Numbered from the stretch's first letter, positions 1 through 9,978 are shown. The stretch is 28,840 nucleotides of DNA from a virus (IMGVR_UViG_2609459848_000003), one strand, 5' to 3'. Notes: generated from the letters alone by a model not told the origin. Program-made: numbers and translations.

Positions 1-1850
1 AACAGGGGGATCTTTTCACCGCTGGTACCGAGTTCTCTTAAACCAAGGTATTGGATAACGGCCAGTGTGCTTGTTTTAGCCAGAATATCGCGACCGACTG
101 ACGTTAAATCAGTCTGAGCTACCGTATCCTTACCAGTGAAATAAGGCAGTTTGTTTGCACCAGTCGCAAGGGCAGCGAGAGCGGTTAAAGTTGCATCCAG
201 AGGCTGTTTGCCTGCCAGCGCATTTGTCATTGTTGTCGCAAAGTTCGGGTCATTGCCAAGTGCTGCGGCAAGCTCATTCAGGGTATCAAGAGCTTCTGGT
301 GATGAACCAACCAATGCGGATATGGCAGCTCTTACATAAGCGGTCGTAGCAATCTGCGTGTTATTCGTACCCTGTGCAGCGGTAGGCGCAGTAGGGACAC
401 CCGTTAATGCAGGGCTTGCCAAAGGCGCTTTGAGAGCCAAGGCATTGTTGATAGTTGTGCTGTAATTCGGGTCGTTATTGATCGCAGCAGCTATTTCTTT
501 AAGCGTATCCAGTGTGCCAGGCGCACCGTTGATAAGTGCAGTTATAGCTGCCTTAACAAAGGCTGTATTTGCGATCTGCGTGTTATTCGTACCCTGTGCA
601 GCGGTAGGCGCAGTAGGTATTCCCGTTAATGCAGGACTTGCTAAAGGAGCTTTAAGAGCCAGAGCATTGTTGATAGTTGTGCTGAAATTCGGGTCGTTAT
701 TGATCGCAGCAGCTATTTCTTTAAGCGTATCCAGTGTGCCAGGCGCACCGTTGATAAGTGCAGTTATAGCTGCCTTAACAAAGGCTGTATTTGCGATCTG
801 CGTGTTATTCGTACCCTGTGCAGCGGTAGGCGCAGTAGGTATTCCCGTTAATGCAGGACTTGCTAAAGGAGCTTTAAGAGCCAGAGCATTGTTGATAGTT
901 GTGCTGAAATTCGGGTCGTTATTGATCGCAGCAGCTATTTCTTTAAGCGTATCCAGTGTGCCAGGTGCACCGTTGATAAGTGCCGTTATAGCTGCCTTAA
1001 CAAAGGCTGTATTTGCGATCTGCGTGCTATTTGTACCTTGCGCTGCCGTCGGCGCGGTTGGCGTTCCTGTCAGACTCGGGCTTTCTATTGGCGCTTTGGT
1101 ATCAGCCAGATCTTTTATAGACTTAACAGCTTTAGGGGTAGCCGCCATTGTTTCGCTGTCGCTGTTAGTTGCGCTACTGAGCTGAACTAATCCCTTTTGC
1201 GTTGTGCTTGCATCCTGTGCCGTATACTTGCTTTTCGCCAGATCGTAGGCTTTTTTAACTGCCAGCGAACTTGCAGCAACATCACTTCTGGTACTGGTTA
1301 CAGAGTCTGAAATATCAATGCCGATCGAGCGGTTGATACGCTCGGATGTATCAATCATCTCCTGGGTAATGGCAGATACACTAGCAGGGATATTCACCGT
1401 ACAAACAAGCAGCTCCCCATCTCCTAACTGATATGAATCGGTATAGGTTCTGGCAACAAATTCAGCCGCATGAATATGTGACGCGGTATTCACCTGGTAG
1501 GTATCTTCTCCAAGGAGGTATCTTCCCTTCAGCACAATTGCATATTTCTTGCCTGCACTAAGTGCAAGAGAAATATCCTTACGTTGCTGAATAGTTACCT
1601 GGTAAAATTCACCAATATCCACCGACGCCGCGCCTGCGGTTTTATCACCATCCACTGAGGTAATTAACAGGTTCATCCCACCGCCAGGCTTAGGTAAGAA
1701 ACCGGCATAAAATCCCGGGTCAACAATCCCCCTGAATTTTCGGTTTAGCGCGGCTGACAGATATGGTTCGTGGTATTGCACATCGGCCACCAGAGCCAAC
1801 GACTCGGATGATGGGTAAGTAACCGATGTAACAACTGTAACGTCATTCAT
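1..1850 (-). CDS. Tail fibre protein, N-terminal/constant part (P1 S-like); 3' end runs off the window start
   Basis: Minus-strand frame open from ATG at 1850 (SD AAGGA upstream) to position 1; frame checked at 1-120 and 900-1200. Translation MNDVTVVTS... and later ...QKGLVQLSSATNSDSETMAATPKAVKSIKDLADTKAPIESPSLTGTPTAPTAAQGTNSTQIANTAFV, typical of myovirus tail fibres. Not in the ORF track because it is truncated by the window edge. Confidence 0.75.
   Translation of the reverse strand, partial: MNDVTVVTSVTYPSSESLALVADVQYHEPYLSAALNRKFRGIVDPGFYAGFLPKPGGGMNLLITSVDGDKTAGAASVDIGEFYQVTIQQRKDISLALSAGKKYAIVLKGRYLLGEDTYQVNTASHIHAAEFVARTYTDSYQLGDGELLVCTVNIPASVSAITQEMIDTSERINRSIGIDISDSVTSTRSDVAASSLAVKKAYDLAKSKYTAQDASTTQKGLVQLSSATNSDSETMAATPKAVKSIKDLADTKAPIESPSLTGTPTAPTAAQGTNSTQIANTAFVKAAITALINGAPGTLDTLKEIAAAINNDPNFSTTINNALALKAPLASPALTGIPTAPTAAQGTNNTQIANTAFVKAAITALINGAPGTLDTLKEIAAAINNDPNFSTTINNALALKAPLASPALTGIPTAPTAAQGTNNTQIANTAFVKAAITALINGAPGTLDTLKEIAAAINNDPNYSTTINNALALKAPLASPALTGVPTAPTAAQGTNNTQIATTAYVRAAISALVGSSPEALDTLNELAAALGNDPNFATTMTNALAGKQPLDATLTALAALATGANKLPYFTGKDTVAQTDLTSVGRDILAKTSTLAVIQYLGLRELGTSGEKIPL
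139..1100 (-). repeat. Tandem 222-bp (74-codon) coding repeats inside the tail-fibre gene: three near-identical copies (361-582, 583-804, 805-1026) flanked by diverged copies
   Basis: The string ttattcgtaccctgtgcagcggtaggcgcagtagg recurs at 361, 583 and 805 (period 222, a multiple of 3). Minus-strand repeat unit encodes ...APLASPALTGIPTAPTAAQGTNNTQIANTAFVKAAITALINGAPGTLDTLKEIAAAINNDPNFSTT. Confidence 0.85.
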
Positions 1851-1861
1851 CAAGCATATCC

Positions 1862-2296
1862 TTATGCTGTAGTCGTGTTTATGGCCATAACTGCGGTATA
1901 TGTTTTGCCCACATACAGCGAGTCTTCCTGGACACAAATAATGGCGATTGGCTTGTTCTCGTTATCCAGAACAACCAGAGTGTTGAATGGGTAGTTTTTC
2001 CCTTCCTGCAACTGGCTTTGATCAAGGTCCATTCGGACAGTAATTATCCCGCCTGAGTAGGTTGGGACGAGGTTGATGGTGCAAAATTGACTGGTCAGTT
2101 CTGCCAGTTCGAAAGCCTTTGGCAGTTCTCCAATCTCATAAGTGCCATCTCCTTTCTTAGTAACCAGCGAACTGGTACCGAAAACGGCCTTGCTGATTAA
2201 AAATCGAGAGCCTTTGTTAATGGACGATTCAGCGCGCCGCTGATAGTAATAGTCCAACAACTGACTCTTATAGAGGTTTGTTGAGACGTCAGACAT
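1862..2296 (-). CDS. Tail fibre-associated structural protein (144 aa; possibly P1 R-like)
   Basis: ORF immediately upstream of the tail-fibre gene on the same strand (stop 1862, fibre start 1850). No motif recognised; assignment by position only. Confidence 0.4.
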   Translation of the reverse strand: MSDVSTNLYKSQLLDYYYQRRAESSINKGSRFLISKAVFGTSSLVTKKGDGTYEIGELPKAFELAELTSQFCTINLVPTYSGGIITVRMDLDQSQLQEGKNYPFNTLVVLDNENKPIAIICVQEDSLYVGKTYTAVMAINTTTA

Positions 2297-2374
2297 GATT
2301 TTCCCTAATCAATGTTGTGAAGCCTCATTGTAAGATAAGTAACTTGTCACCCCGCCCTGCGGACGGGGTGATTA

Positions 2375-3214
2375 TCAGGCATCACTATCCAGCAGCAAAT
2401 CATCTGCGCGGGTGCGATCAAACGTAGGCGTTGCTTTCACAATAGTGCCGCCCGGCGTTGCAGTGATCGGAGCGCTAATCGACGTAACTCCAGTAAGCGA
2501 AGTTGTATCCGAAGTTTCAAACCAGCAGTACGCTTTTTCGGTATCAGAAATCTCGTTCAAAGTGATCATGTCGGCGTGTTCATTTACAACAACCGACAAA
2601 TAGAGCGTAAGCCCATCAAACACTATATGCAGTGGCAGTAGAGGCTTTACGAACTGATTAAACTTTCTGAGAATTTCTTCTGTAATTGCGGACTGATCTA
2701 TCGTGCCAGTAATCCCCATTGTCCGGGCCAGGTCGTTTATGGGAATACTGATCATCCCTCTGGAAGTCAGAAACATCTCGCCGAATGTGCCGCCGGTAGT
2801 CTCCAGTGTGCTTTCAGGTATTAGAACCGTGCCATAGGGATGACGCTCAAGGTCCACCGGTGCATATATCGGATCCCATAAAACAGAAATACCGTTAAAT
2901 TCGCGGTAAATTGTCTGGTTTATAGGGCGTTCAGTCCCCTTAAAGTGAATCTCATCAAGACGCTGTTGTAACAACATCGGAACGGAAGATGAGTTCGACG
3001 TTCTGATAGTAAAGAACTGGCCAAGTTCATTTGTCCTGGTCTCCAGATCCTCCTTGCTCATGGAAAAAATAGACTTCCGGTTGGTAATTCGCTCCAACCA
3101 TGGGTCAACAAAGGTATCCATCATTGACTGAACCAAATCAGCCAATGATTTATAGAGCAATGACTTTTGCTTAGCTGATGTAAGCCGGTTATTAAACCAG
3201 GAACGCTGCATCAC
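2375..3214 (-). CDS. Baseplate/tail structural protein (279 aa)
   Basis: In the chain of ATGA-overlapping ORFs (3211-3214 overlap) between the Sit-like gene and the tail fibre; no motif recognised. Confidence 0.4.
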   Translation of the reverse strand: MMQRSWFNNRLTSAKQKSLLYKSLADLVQSMMDTFVDPWLERITNRKSIFSMSKEDLETRTNELGQFFTIRTSNSSSVPMLLQQRLDEIHFKGTERPINQTIYREFNGISVLWDPIYAPVDLERHPYGTVLIPESTLETTGGTFGEMFLTSRGMISIPINDLARTMGITGTIDQSAITEEILRKFNQFVKPLLPLHIVFDGLTLYLSVVVNEHADMITLNEISDTEKAYCWFETSDTTSLTGVTSISAPITATPGGTIVKATPTFDRTRADDLLLDSDA

Positions 3215-4644
3215 TCCTCCTCATACGAAATATTAAAGGTGGAGTTTTCTGTATCCAGATAAACGAAATCGTAAAAGCCATTGGACTCATTCCACTCGAC
3301 AAATTCCAGATAAAAGTCGCGGAAATAACCCAGCGTTTCGATAAATGCCCAAACGTCTTTTTTCTTAATCAGGATGTACTTGCCGACACGGTTCGGATCA
3401 AAGAAAGTTGAGTCACGCCCAAATTTTGTTTCCAGTGCCGACTTCAGCTCATCAGTCACGTTCTCAATGGTCAGGCTTGCCGATATCCGCCCGGTGATGG
3501 TGATCTTAAAGGGTAGTTTTCTGACCTCTTTATACGAGAATTTCTTGTTCAACTCATTCGGCACCTTCTTAAAGGCAGCCAGGATCATTTCTTCAAGCTC
3601 TGACTGGCTTTTATTTGGATGCCACCCTGAAATAAATATCTTATTGATATTCCGAACATTATAAGCACCATCTAATTTCTCTTGCTGGCCTTCGCCCCAT
3701 GCCTTTACCCAGGACAGTCCCGGGATGTTACGCACCAGAAAATACGTATAGTCCCCGCCCCATACGACCTGATCATCATAGGCAAGGTAATATTGTGCAC
3801 GGTTACGTGTGATCTCCGTTGTTTCGGCATCGGTACCTGCGGTTATAGGTGTCGTTGTCTTAACTGAAATCAAATTAGCTAAATTAGCCGCAGAATCGAC
3901 AGGCGTCAGGTTTTGGCCAGCAACCAGGGTTATATCGCCGTTGGTGCACCATACCTTAAGCGTAATTGTCGAGCCTTCTGGCGGTATTTGCCCAATTAGC
4001 CCATCGCCGAATCGAACCCCCAACTGCTCGGATGGTTTATAAAACTCAACGTAGACCTGGCTTTTACTACCGGCTAACCGGAACATAGTGCTGGAAGACC
4101 ACTGCGTGGTCTTACCATCGGTCGTCACGAATACTTCCAGCTTATAGCAGACAGCAGTGAGAGCCTTTGATAACACGACTTCCAGAAATTCTTTGGCTGC
4201 CGTAACGGTATATGTCACCTCCTGGATTTCCAACTGTGCCACTTCTACCGTACCGGTGCCGTCAACCAACCTGCATACATCCATAGTCATGTAAGGGTAC
4301 TGGTCGTCAGATATTAAAGGCATGTTTTTGGGGATTACCGCTGGGGCATCTTCACTTGTGGCGGTGATCTCAATCATCCCCGATGACGGTGTTGGCTTGG
4401 TACCAACGTAACTATTCGTTTCTGCCGCTGCCAGGATAGAGGAACGCCGCGTCGCGGTCGATATAAAGCCTTCAGCCAGCGCCGCATCGGCATACTGAAA
4501 GCACCTGTAGACAATCTGGGTAATAAACAATGTCAGCATCGAGACAAATTGAGAGCCGACAAACTTTGACCAGAATGAATCTTTCTCGACAAGCTCTTCA
4601 AACTCTGCACGAATACTGTCTTTAGTCGGTGTTGTTTTACTCAT
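3211..4644 (-). CDS. Baseplate protein (477 aa; possibly BplA-like)
   Basis: 4-bp start/stop overlaps with both neighbours (translational coupling); size and position fit a baseplate wedge protein. Confidence 0.4.
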   Translation of the reverse strand: MSKTTPTKDSIRAEFEELVEKDSFWSKFVGSQFVSMLTLFITQIVYRCFQYADAALAEGFISTATRRSSILAAAETNSYVGTKPTPSSGMIEITATSEDAPAVIPKNMPLISDDQYPYMTMDVCRLVDGTGTVEVAQLEIQEVTYTVTAAKEFLEVVLSKALTAVCYKLEVFVTTDGKTTQWSSSTMFRLAGSKSQVYVEFYKPSEQLGVRFGDGLIGQIPPEGSTITLKVWCTNGDITLVAGQNLTPVDSAANLANLISVKTTTPITAGTDAETTEITRNRAQYYLAYDDQVVWGGDYTYFLVRNIPGLSWVKAWGEGQQEKLDGAYNVRNINKIFISGWHPNKSQSELEEMILAAFKKVPNELNKKFSYKEVRKLPFKITITGRISASLTIENVTDELKSALETKFGRDSTFFDPNRVGKYILIKKKDVWAFIETLGYFRDFYLEFVEWNESNGFYDFVYLDTENSTFNISYEEE

Positions 4645-5000
4645 AGCACCACGTCCTGTGTGATAGTTATATCCCTGATACGAATGGATATTTTCAACTT
4701 ATCAAAAGCATCTCCCTCGGCTACTGACAAGCCAGAAATCGGTATGTCAGGTAAATCTACCGTCAGTTTTTGCAACAGCATTGCCTCAACCGCAATTTGA
4801 ACATGCGACAAGTTGGTCGGTTCGTGTTTAAACTGCGGTAAAACATTGCCCCATGACGGATCTCCGTATACCTCACCCTGATAAGTGTTTAGCCACTCAT
4901 ATAAACGAGCGCCCCAGGCCTCCTCCTGGGACTCATACGTTTTTACGCCGGATAACTCCAGCGTCAGCAAAGGATCAATTTCATTATTGTTGGCCATCAA
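4641..5000 (-). CDS. Small tail morphogenesis protein (119 aa)
   Basis: ATGA overlap with the Sit-like gene upstream and the 477-aa gene downstream. Confidence 0.4.
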   Translation of the reverse strand: MMANNNEIDPLLTLELSGVKTYESQEEAWGARLYEWLNTYQGEVYGDPSWGNVLPQFKHEPTNLSHVQIAVEAMLLQKLTVDLPDIPISGLSVAEGDAFDKLKISIRIRDITITQDVVL

Positions 5001-8000
5001 TCAACTCTCGCGTAGTCATTCATCAACGGATCATCAATTGACAGTGGCACCGTGCGCATAACGCCCGGTTGAGGCGTGCTGACCTTTACGACAGTTCCCT
5101 GGCCTTTCGCCGAGTCTTTAGTGTGCTCTTCAATCCTGGCAAGCAATGAGGTCATCTGCGCAAACAGCCGCTTCGTTTCACCATCAAGTGAAACGGTATT
5201 ATCAGCCAACTGCATTGTCGGCTTGGCACCGGAGCCGCCAAGGTCACTAATAACCTGTCCGTCTATCTGCATACGACCGGTTGGTTGCTGCAAATCGTTG
5301 GCGGCAGTCGTCACCTGGGACGTGGAGGCTGGTTCAGGCGCATTATTTTTCCGCATCCCCGGCGAGTTGCGGAGTTTATCGAATAGTCCATCAATCCCCA
5401 TTTGTGCGCCGAGTTGGTCAAAGTAACTTGAGTTGCTGGCCACCGGACGCGCCTCTTCAACTGGCATCGGAGTATCAACATACACATTGCCAGCTGCTGT
5501 TGCGGTCCCCTTCCCTCGTGCACGTTCTTCGAGCGTTCCCTGAACGACTTCCCGACGCATACCCCGGCCATTCATGAATTTGTTGACCAGATCGTTAACG
5601 CCAACAGCATTGCCGATTTTGTCTACCAGACCGCCTTTCTCAAACGGGCTATCACCAGGGGTAAACGCCAGACCAGTAGACTGATCGATAACGGCGTTAT
5701 CAGGCAGTGGTCCCCTCACTCCATATTGCGCCCCACCCTGTGCTCCTGCCCCAGGTGTATAGATTTCACCACCTAAATAGCGAGCACGATGAGTATTGAC
5801 CTTGATCGCGTACTCACGGTTTTCCTTCGATAAGTCACCGGTGCCTTTTTTCCACTTATTAATAGTGCCAAACCCAGCGTTATATGCAGTGATGGCCTCG
5901 TTTAAGTCTCCATTGGCTTGCTTCAGATACTTGCTCATGAGAAGAGCCGCAGCTTCTGCCGATTTCACAGGATCAAACGATTCACCTTCAGCTAAGCCAG
6001 TCTCTTCACGAGCAATGCCCGTGAACTGAAACATTCCTAGAGCACCAGTTTGTGATTTTGCGTACGGATTACCACCAGATTCAGTTGCAGCAATCGCGTA
6101 AAGAGTGCCTTCAGGAAGACCATATTTATTCTCCAGTTCAGCAAAATACGGAGCCAACTTATCGAGATTTGCCTTACCTTCAGCGCCAAGACTTCCGACT
6201 TTTACATCCAAGTTGCCATTGTTGTAGGTATCCGCAGCTTTCTGAATGTCATTCCTGGTGCCAGTGGTATTAAGCGACGATGATGACGAGCTATTTTGAC
6301 CAATAGCTTTATCAATTTTCTGCAACGCGCTATTGCCCGTTTCTACGGCATTTGCATTGATAATCTGATTGGCAGTTTGTTTTACTGTTTTATTGCTATC
6401 TTTCGCCGTGTCCAGTGCCGCATTTATCACGCGGGTAGCAATATTACTCTGTTTGGCATCGGATTCAGTTTTAGAATTAGACGTCTCCTGGTGGCTATTA
6501 ACCGGAGCTTTTAACTCTGGAGTGATTTCTTTCGCATTAGCCTCGCCGATTGGATTGGGTATTTTTGATACAATCATTGCCGCAGGGGTATTTTTAACGG
6601 CATCAACCGCTGCATCTAATGCTTTACCGGGTAAATTTTTAACCCCATCCCAAATATTACCAGCCGCCTCTTTAATGTGTTTCCCTGGGTTCTTAATGAA
6701 ATCAATTGCACTATCAATTGCATCACTGAAAACCTGTTTCAGGTTATCAACAGTAAAGAAGTCTTTGATAGCATCCAGCTTTTCAAGCAGCTTATTAGAT
6801 GTATCGCTAAACCATGCTGAAACAGCATCACCAATCTTTGCTGTGTAATCATCGAACTTGGTAGAAATGGTGTCGCCAAGGTTAGAAATATATGTTTCTA
6901 AGTTGGTAATCCCACTATCAATGGCCTGGGCAATACTTTCCGTCGAAAATGATTGCAACATATTACCGATATCCTCAAATCCAAGTGATTTGAGAACATC
7001 ACCAATAGCACTGCTAATACCAGATACCAGTCCCCCCATATCAAGAACATTGGCTAACGTATAAGCGGCTTTTTGCTGGAATGATGGATCTTGTCCTGAT
7101 TTAAGCCCAAACGCTCGACGTTGAGCTTCTGTATCATTCCAACCGGTTACCGCATCATAAATACCTCCAGCCACTGTGCCGACTAGGGGAATTGCGCGTA
7201 ACGCCCCTTTACCAACTGCCTTTAATCCAAGTTTACCTGCTGCCCGGGCAGCCAAATCTCCGCCTTCATGGGCGAGAGTCTTCTTGCCACCACCGCGTAG
7301 CATTCCTACAAGTTTCTTTGCCCCCAGAGCGCCAAAAGCGAGTGCTCCAGCTTTTTTCAGCATGCCACGCCCCATTAACAACGACGCGACGCCACCGGCC
7401 CCCTTCCCTAACAGGCTAAATAGTTTGGACAGCAAGCCGCCCTTCTTTTTACCGGTGTTTTTGGCTATCTGATCAAGGGCGCGGAGAATCTTGTCATTGC
7501 CCTCTTTAATTTCGCTGGTCTGCTCCTGAAGTTCCTGAACCGTCCGTTTTTGGGTGTTAACCTGAACGACATCGGCACTATTTTGCGATTTACGCCTAAA
7601 AAAACCTTTTCTACGGCTGTTATCGTCATTGCCACGAATCACATCGGCAATAGACTTTCTGGCACCATTAAGCGATCCACCAACTTCTTTTGATATCCCG
7701 CCAAGCTCCTTCCCTGCTGCCCACAATGGACCAGCAACGGCATAACCTAACGCATCGACAGCACGAGTCTCTGAAGGGTTGCCTATGCCTTCAGCTACTT
7801 TTGACAGTTTTTTTAATAAACCTGATTCAGCATTTAGACGCTCATCATCCTCTTTGCGCCTGGCCTTTTCAGCACGTTCAGCACGGGCATCTTCCGCTGC
7901 GGCCTTACTCCCTGACTTTCCAATAAAACGACCACGCGCATCGCGTTGGTTTTGGCTTTTTTGCGCACCGCCTTTTTGACCGAACATTTCGCGAGCGTGT

Positions 8001-8389
8001 TCGGCTGCTTCGGTCCGTTGCGCCTTTACATCTTCTGTTATAGCCTTCTTGCGTCGTTTTTTACCCTTTCGCGTAGTTGATTTGGCCTGCGGTTCCTGTA
8101 GAGCAACATCCTCCTGAACTACACGAGGAACGTCCCCTAAATTAAGCCGTTTCATTGCCTCAACAATAGGGTCCACTGATGGCGCATTGGCCACAAAGTC
8201 TGGCCGGGAATTTTCGATTGTGCGATTTAATGCCGACACACTGCGAGAGACAGGATCAACTGTAGCAACTCGCCCCCCTTTCAAATCTTCAACGGCTTCC
8301 CGAATACCTGCAAGCTCTTCCAGCTCTTTTGCGCTGGCGGTTTCAACCGTCCTTATCACATCGTCAATATTGGCGTTTTTTCTTTCCAT
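4997..8389 (-). CDS. sit: Structural injection transglycosylase / tape-measure-like protein (Sit-like, 1130 aa)
   Basis: Soluble lytic transglycosylase motif LYAIAATESGGNPYAKSQTGALGMFQFT; glycine-rich hydrophobic segment (KKGGLLSKLFSLLGKGAGGVASLLMGRGM...); long charged low-complexity N-terminal half; size close to the approximately 1140-aa P1 Sit as I recall it. Confidence 0.8.
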   Translation of the reverse strand: MERKNANIDDVIRTVETASAKELEELAGIREAVEDLKGGRVATVDPVSRSVSALNRTIENSRPDFVANAPSVDPIVEAMKRLNLGDVPRVVQEDVALQEPQAKSTTRKGKKRRKKAITEDVKAQRTEAAEHAREMFGQKGGAQKSQNQRDARGRFIGKSGSKAAAEDARAERAEKARRKEDDERLNAESGLLKKLSKVAEGIGNPSETRAVDALGYAVAGPLWAAGKELGGISKEVGGSLNGARKSIADVIRGNDDNSRRKGFFRRKSQNSADVVQVNTQKRTVQELQEQTSEIKEGNDKILRALDQIAKNTGKKKGGLLSKLFSLLGKGAGGVASLLMGRGMLKKAGALAFGALGAKKLVGMLRGGGKKTLAHEGGDLAARAAGKLGLKAVGKGALRAIPLVGTVAGGIYDAVTGWNDTEAQRRAFGLKSGQDPSFQQKAAYTLANVLDMGGLVSGISSAIGDVLKSLGFEDIGNMLQSFSTESIAQAIDSGITNLETYISNLGDTISTKFDDYTAKIGDAVSAWFSDTSNKLLEKLDAIKDFFTVDNLKQVFSDAIDSAIDFIKNPGKHIKEAAGNIWDGVKNLPGKALDAAVDAVKNTPAAMIVSKIPNPIGEANAKEITPELKAPVNSHQETSNSKTESDAKQSNIATRVINAALDTAKDSNKTVKQTANQIINANAVETGNSALQKIDKAIGQNSSSSSSLNTTGTRNDIQKAADTYNNGNLDVKVGSLGAEGKANLDKLAPYFAELENKYGLPEGTLYAIAATESGGNPYAKSQTGALGMFQFTGIAREETGLAEGESFDPVKSAEAAALLMSKYLKQANGDLNEAITAYNAGFGTINKWKKGTGDLSKENREYAIKVNTHRARYLGGEIYTPGAGAQGGAQYGVRGPLPDNAVIDQSTGLAFTPGDSPFEKGGLVDKIGNAVGVNDLVNKFMNGRGMRREVVQGTLEERARGKGTATAAGNVYVDTPMPVEEARPVASNSSYFDQLGAQMGIDGLFDKLRNSPGMRKNNAPEPASTSQVTTAANDLQQPTGRMQIDGQVISDLGGSGAKPTMQLADNTVSLDGETKRLFAQMTSLLARIEEHTKDSAKGQGTVVKVSTPQPGVMRTVPLSIDDPLMNDYARVD

Positions 8390-8470
8390 GATCTTATCGC
8401 CTACCGTTTCGGTTTAAGTTTTTCTTCCAGTTTCTCCAACAGGAAAAACGCATAGGATTCAGTAAGCCTT

Positions 8471-9352
8471 TCAGCGTCCTGAATCGGTATACCCCCATAC
8501 AAAACCAGGTTGGACACTAAGGTCTGATAGCTTTTCAATCCCCACCTGTGGAATGAAGTCGGTAGCCCGAAAGGGCACCCACAGACGGGTATATGCACCC
8601 TCTGTGGACTCCTTTTTATCCTGATTTGGGCATTTATGCGGCGGGAGACGAAGACGCATTTCACCTTTATCGATGTAGCACGGTAAACCATGTTCGAGCT
8701 TTTCATGAGCCAGTCGGATGTGTGCCGCCAGCTTCATAAATTCAGTATCAATGGCCATCCGTTTAATCGTTTCATAACGACGCTCAGCCTGATCTTCACG
8801 AGTACCGCTAACATCGTTATAAAGCTCACACTGATAAGCGAATTCCCAAAAACGCAAATCAACGATCGCTTCTTTGAATTCCGCGTCGTCTTCAGGTGGC
8901 AATGCTGCACGGCGCATCTCCAGCATTTCCATTGCCCAACCATCAAGCGGCACGATACGCCATTGATAAGGTACTCCCTCTACAGACACCTCAATATCGT
9001 CAATGAAAGGTTCCACTTCCAGGACCTGGATATCTTCAGCCAGAGCATTCATATCGCAATCGTAATAATGCTCTTTACCGCAATGTTTACAGGTGTAGGT
9101 GAATGTCTCGACCGGTGTTTCACGGGAGCCGGTAAATATCCACCATAACGCGGTAATCCGGTCCTGCGCCGTCCATGTCAGGGGATCATGTTTCGCGGGT
9201 TCAGCAAGCAAGGCTTTTAAATACGCCGTTGTCTGTTGTTCTTGTTCCTCCGGTGTTATCGAGTTGAAACGCATCGCATCAGCAATATTTGGCTGACGGA
9301 ACTGGATCAATTCAGTTGGCCGCGATGGTAGCGGGAAAAGAGGTAAAAGCAT
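8471..9352 (-). CDS. Phage morphogenesis protein with CxxC...C motif (293 aa)
   Basis: ORF with ATG start; contains CKHCGKEHYYDCD. The 3' end sits at a C5/G5 run with a protein-like out-of-frame extension (see findings). Confidence 0.45.
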   Translation of the reverse strand: MLLPLFPLPSRPTELIQFRQPNIADAMRFNSITPEEQEQQTTAYLKALLAEPAKHDPLTWTAQDRITALWWIFTGSRETPVETFTYTCKHCGKEHYYDCDMNALAEDIQVLEVEPFIDDIEVSVEGVPYQWRIVPLDGWAMEMLEMRRAALPPEDDAEFKEAIVDLRFWEFAYQCELYNDVSGTREDQAERRYETIKRMAIDTEFMKLAAHIRLAHEKLEHGLPCYIDKGEMRLRLPPHKCPNQDKKESTEGAYTRLWVPFRATDFIPQVGIEKLSDLSVQPGFVWGYTDSGR

Positions 9353-9366
9353 CCTTGCTCCTTAAT

Positions 9367-9978
9367 TCAAAGAGAAAAGCTAAAGCCCAGAAGGGAAGCC
9401 AAAGAACTTGAGGATTGGTTAAACGTGCTGTGCAATGCGAAGGTCATTGGGAATGACTTAAATTCAGTAACCTGATCTCGCGCATAGGTGACATCGCCGG
9501 TAGTGACCGGGAATACCGTCATCTCATTTTCCAGTTTGGTTAAGCCGGAAGACAGCAACCGATAAATACGCACATTGAGCAAATATTTAGACGGTATATT
9601 CCCGGTACCGTCCGGATTGATCACCCGACTTTTTGCCGTCTTAAACCAGTCCAAAACGAGGCCATCAACGGTATCCCTGACCATCATTGTTATCTGCCCA
9701 GGCGAACGCTCCGTTGGTTGAAGGATATTCCCTCCGCCGATTTTAATCGTTTCATATTCGATGCTGTAATCGTGGTAGGTAATGTCTTTGGCAAAGAAGT
9801 CTGCCCCCTCCAGTCCATCAACTTCGACAGAGAACTGCCATCCTTGCGCGAACAGCATTTTGTTCATGATGATTGACGTCAGCTTACCAACTTCCCGCTC
9901 ACCAACGCCGGAGCCAAATAATGTCGTCGTTAATGCCGAAGATACATAAGACTTTACTGAAGCAACATTAAGCCCCAT
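9367..9978 (-). CDS. Tail structural protein (203 aa; tube- or baseplate-associated)
   Basis: Position within the tail operon; no motif recognised. Confidence 0.35.
   Translation of the reverse strand: MGLNVASVKSYVSSALTTTLFGSGVGEREVGKLTSIIMNKMLFAQGWQFSVEVDGLEGADFFAKDITYHDYSIEYETIKIGGGNILQPTERSPGQITMMVRDTVDGLVLDWFKTAKSRVINPDGTGNIPSKYLLNVRIYRLLSSGLTKLENEMTVFPVTTGDVTYARDQVTEFKSFPMTFALHSTFNQSSSSLASLLGFSFSL

Noticed and set aside
478-1185. Plus-strand 235-aa ORF with an internally repeated Ala/Val-rich sequence
   Set aside because: It is the antisense reading of the 222-bp tandem repeats. The minus-strand frame is continuous from a good SD-ATG at 1850 and encodes recognisable tail-fibre sequence.
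5076-7979. Multiple plus-strand ORFs of 66-159 aa
   Set aside because: All lie inside and antisense to the 1130-aa Sit-like gene, whose frame carries the transglycosylase motif.
8401-8706. Minus-strand 101-aa ORF as an independent gene
   Set aside because: Its N-terminal two-thirds overlap the 293-aa gene out of frame and look non-protein-like; only its last 23 codons are kept as a possible frameshift extension (see findings).
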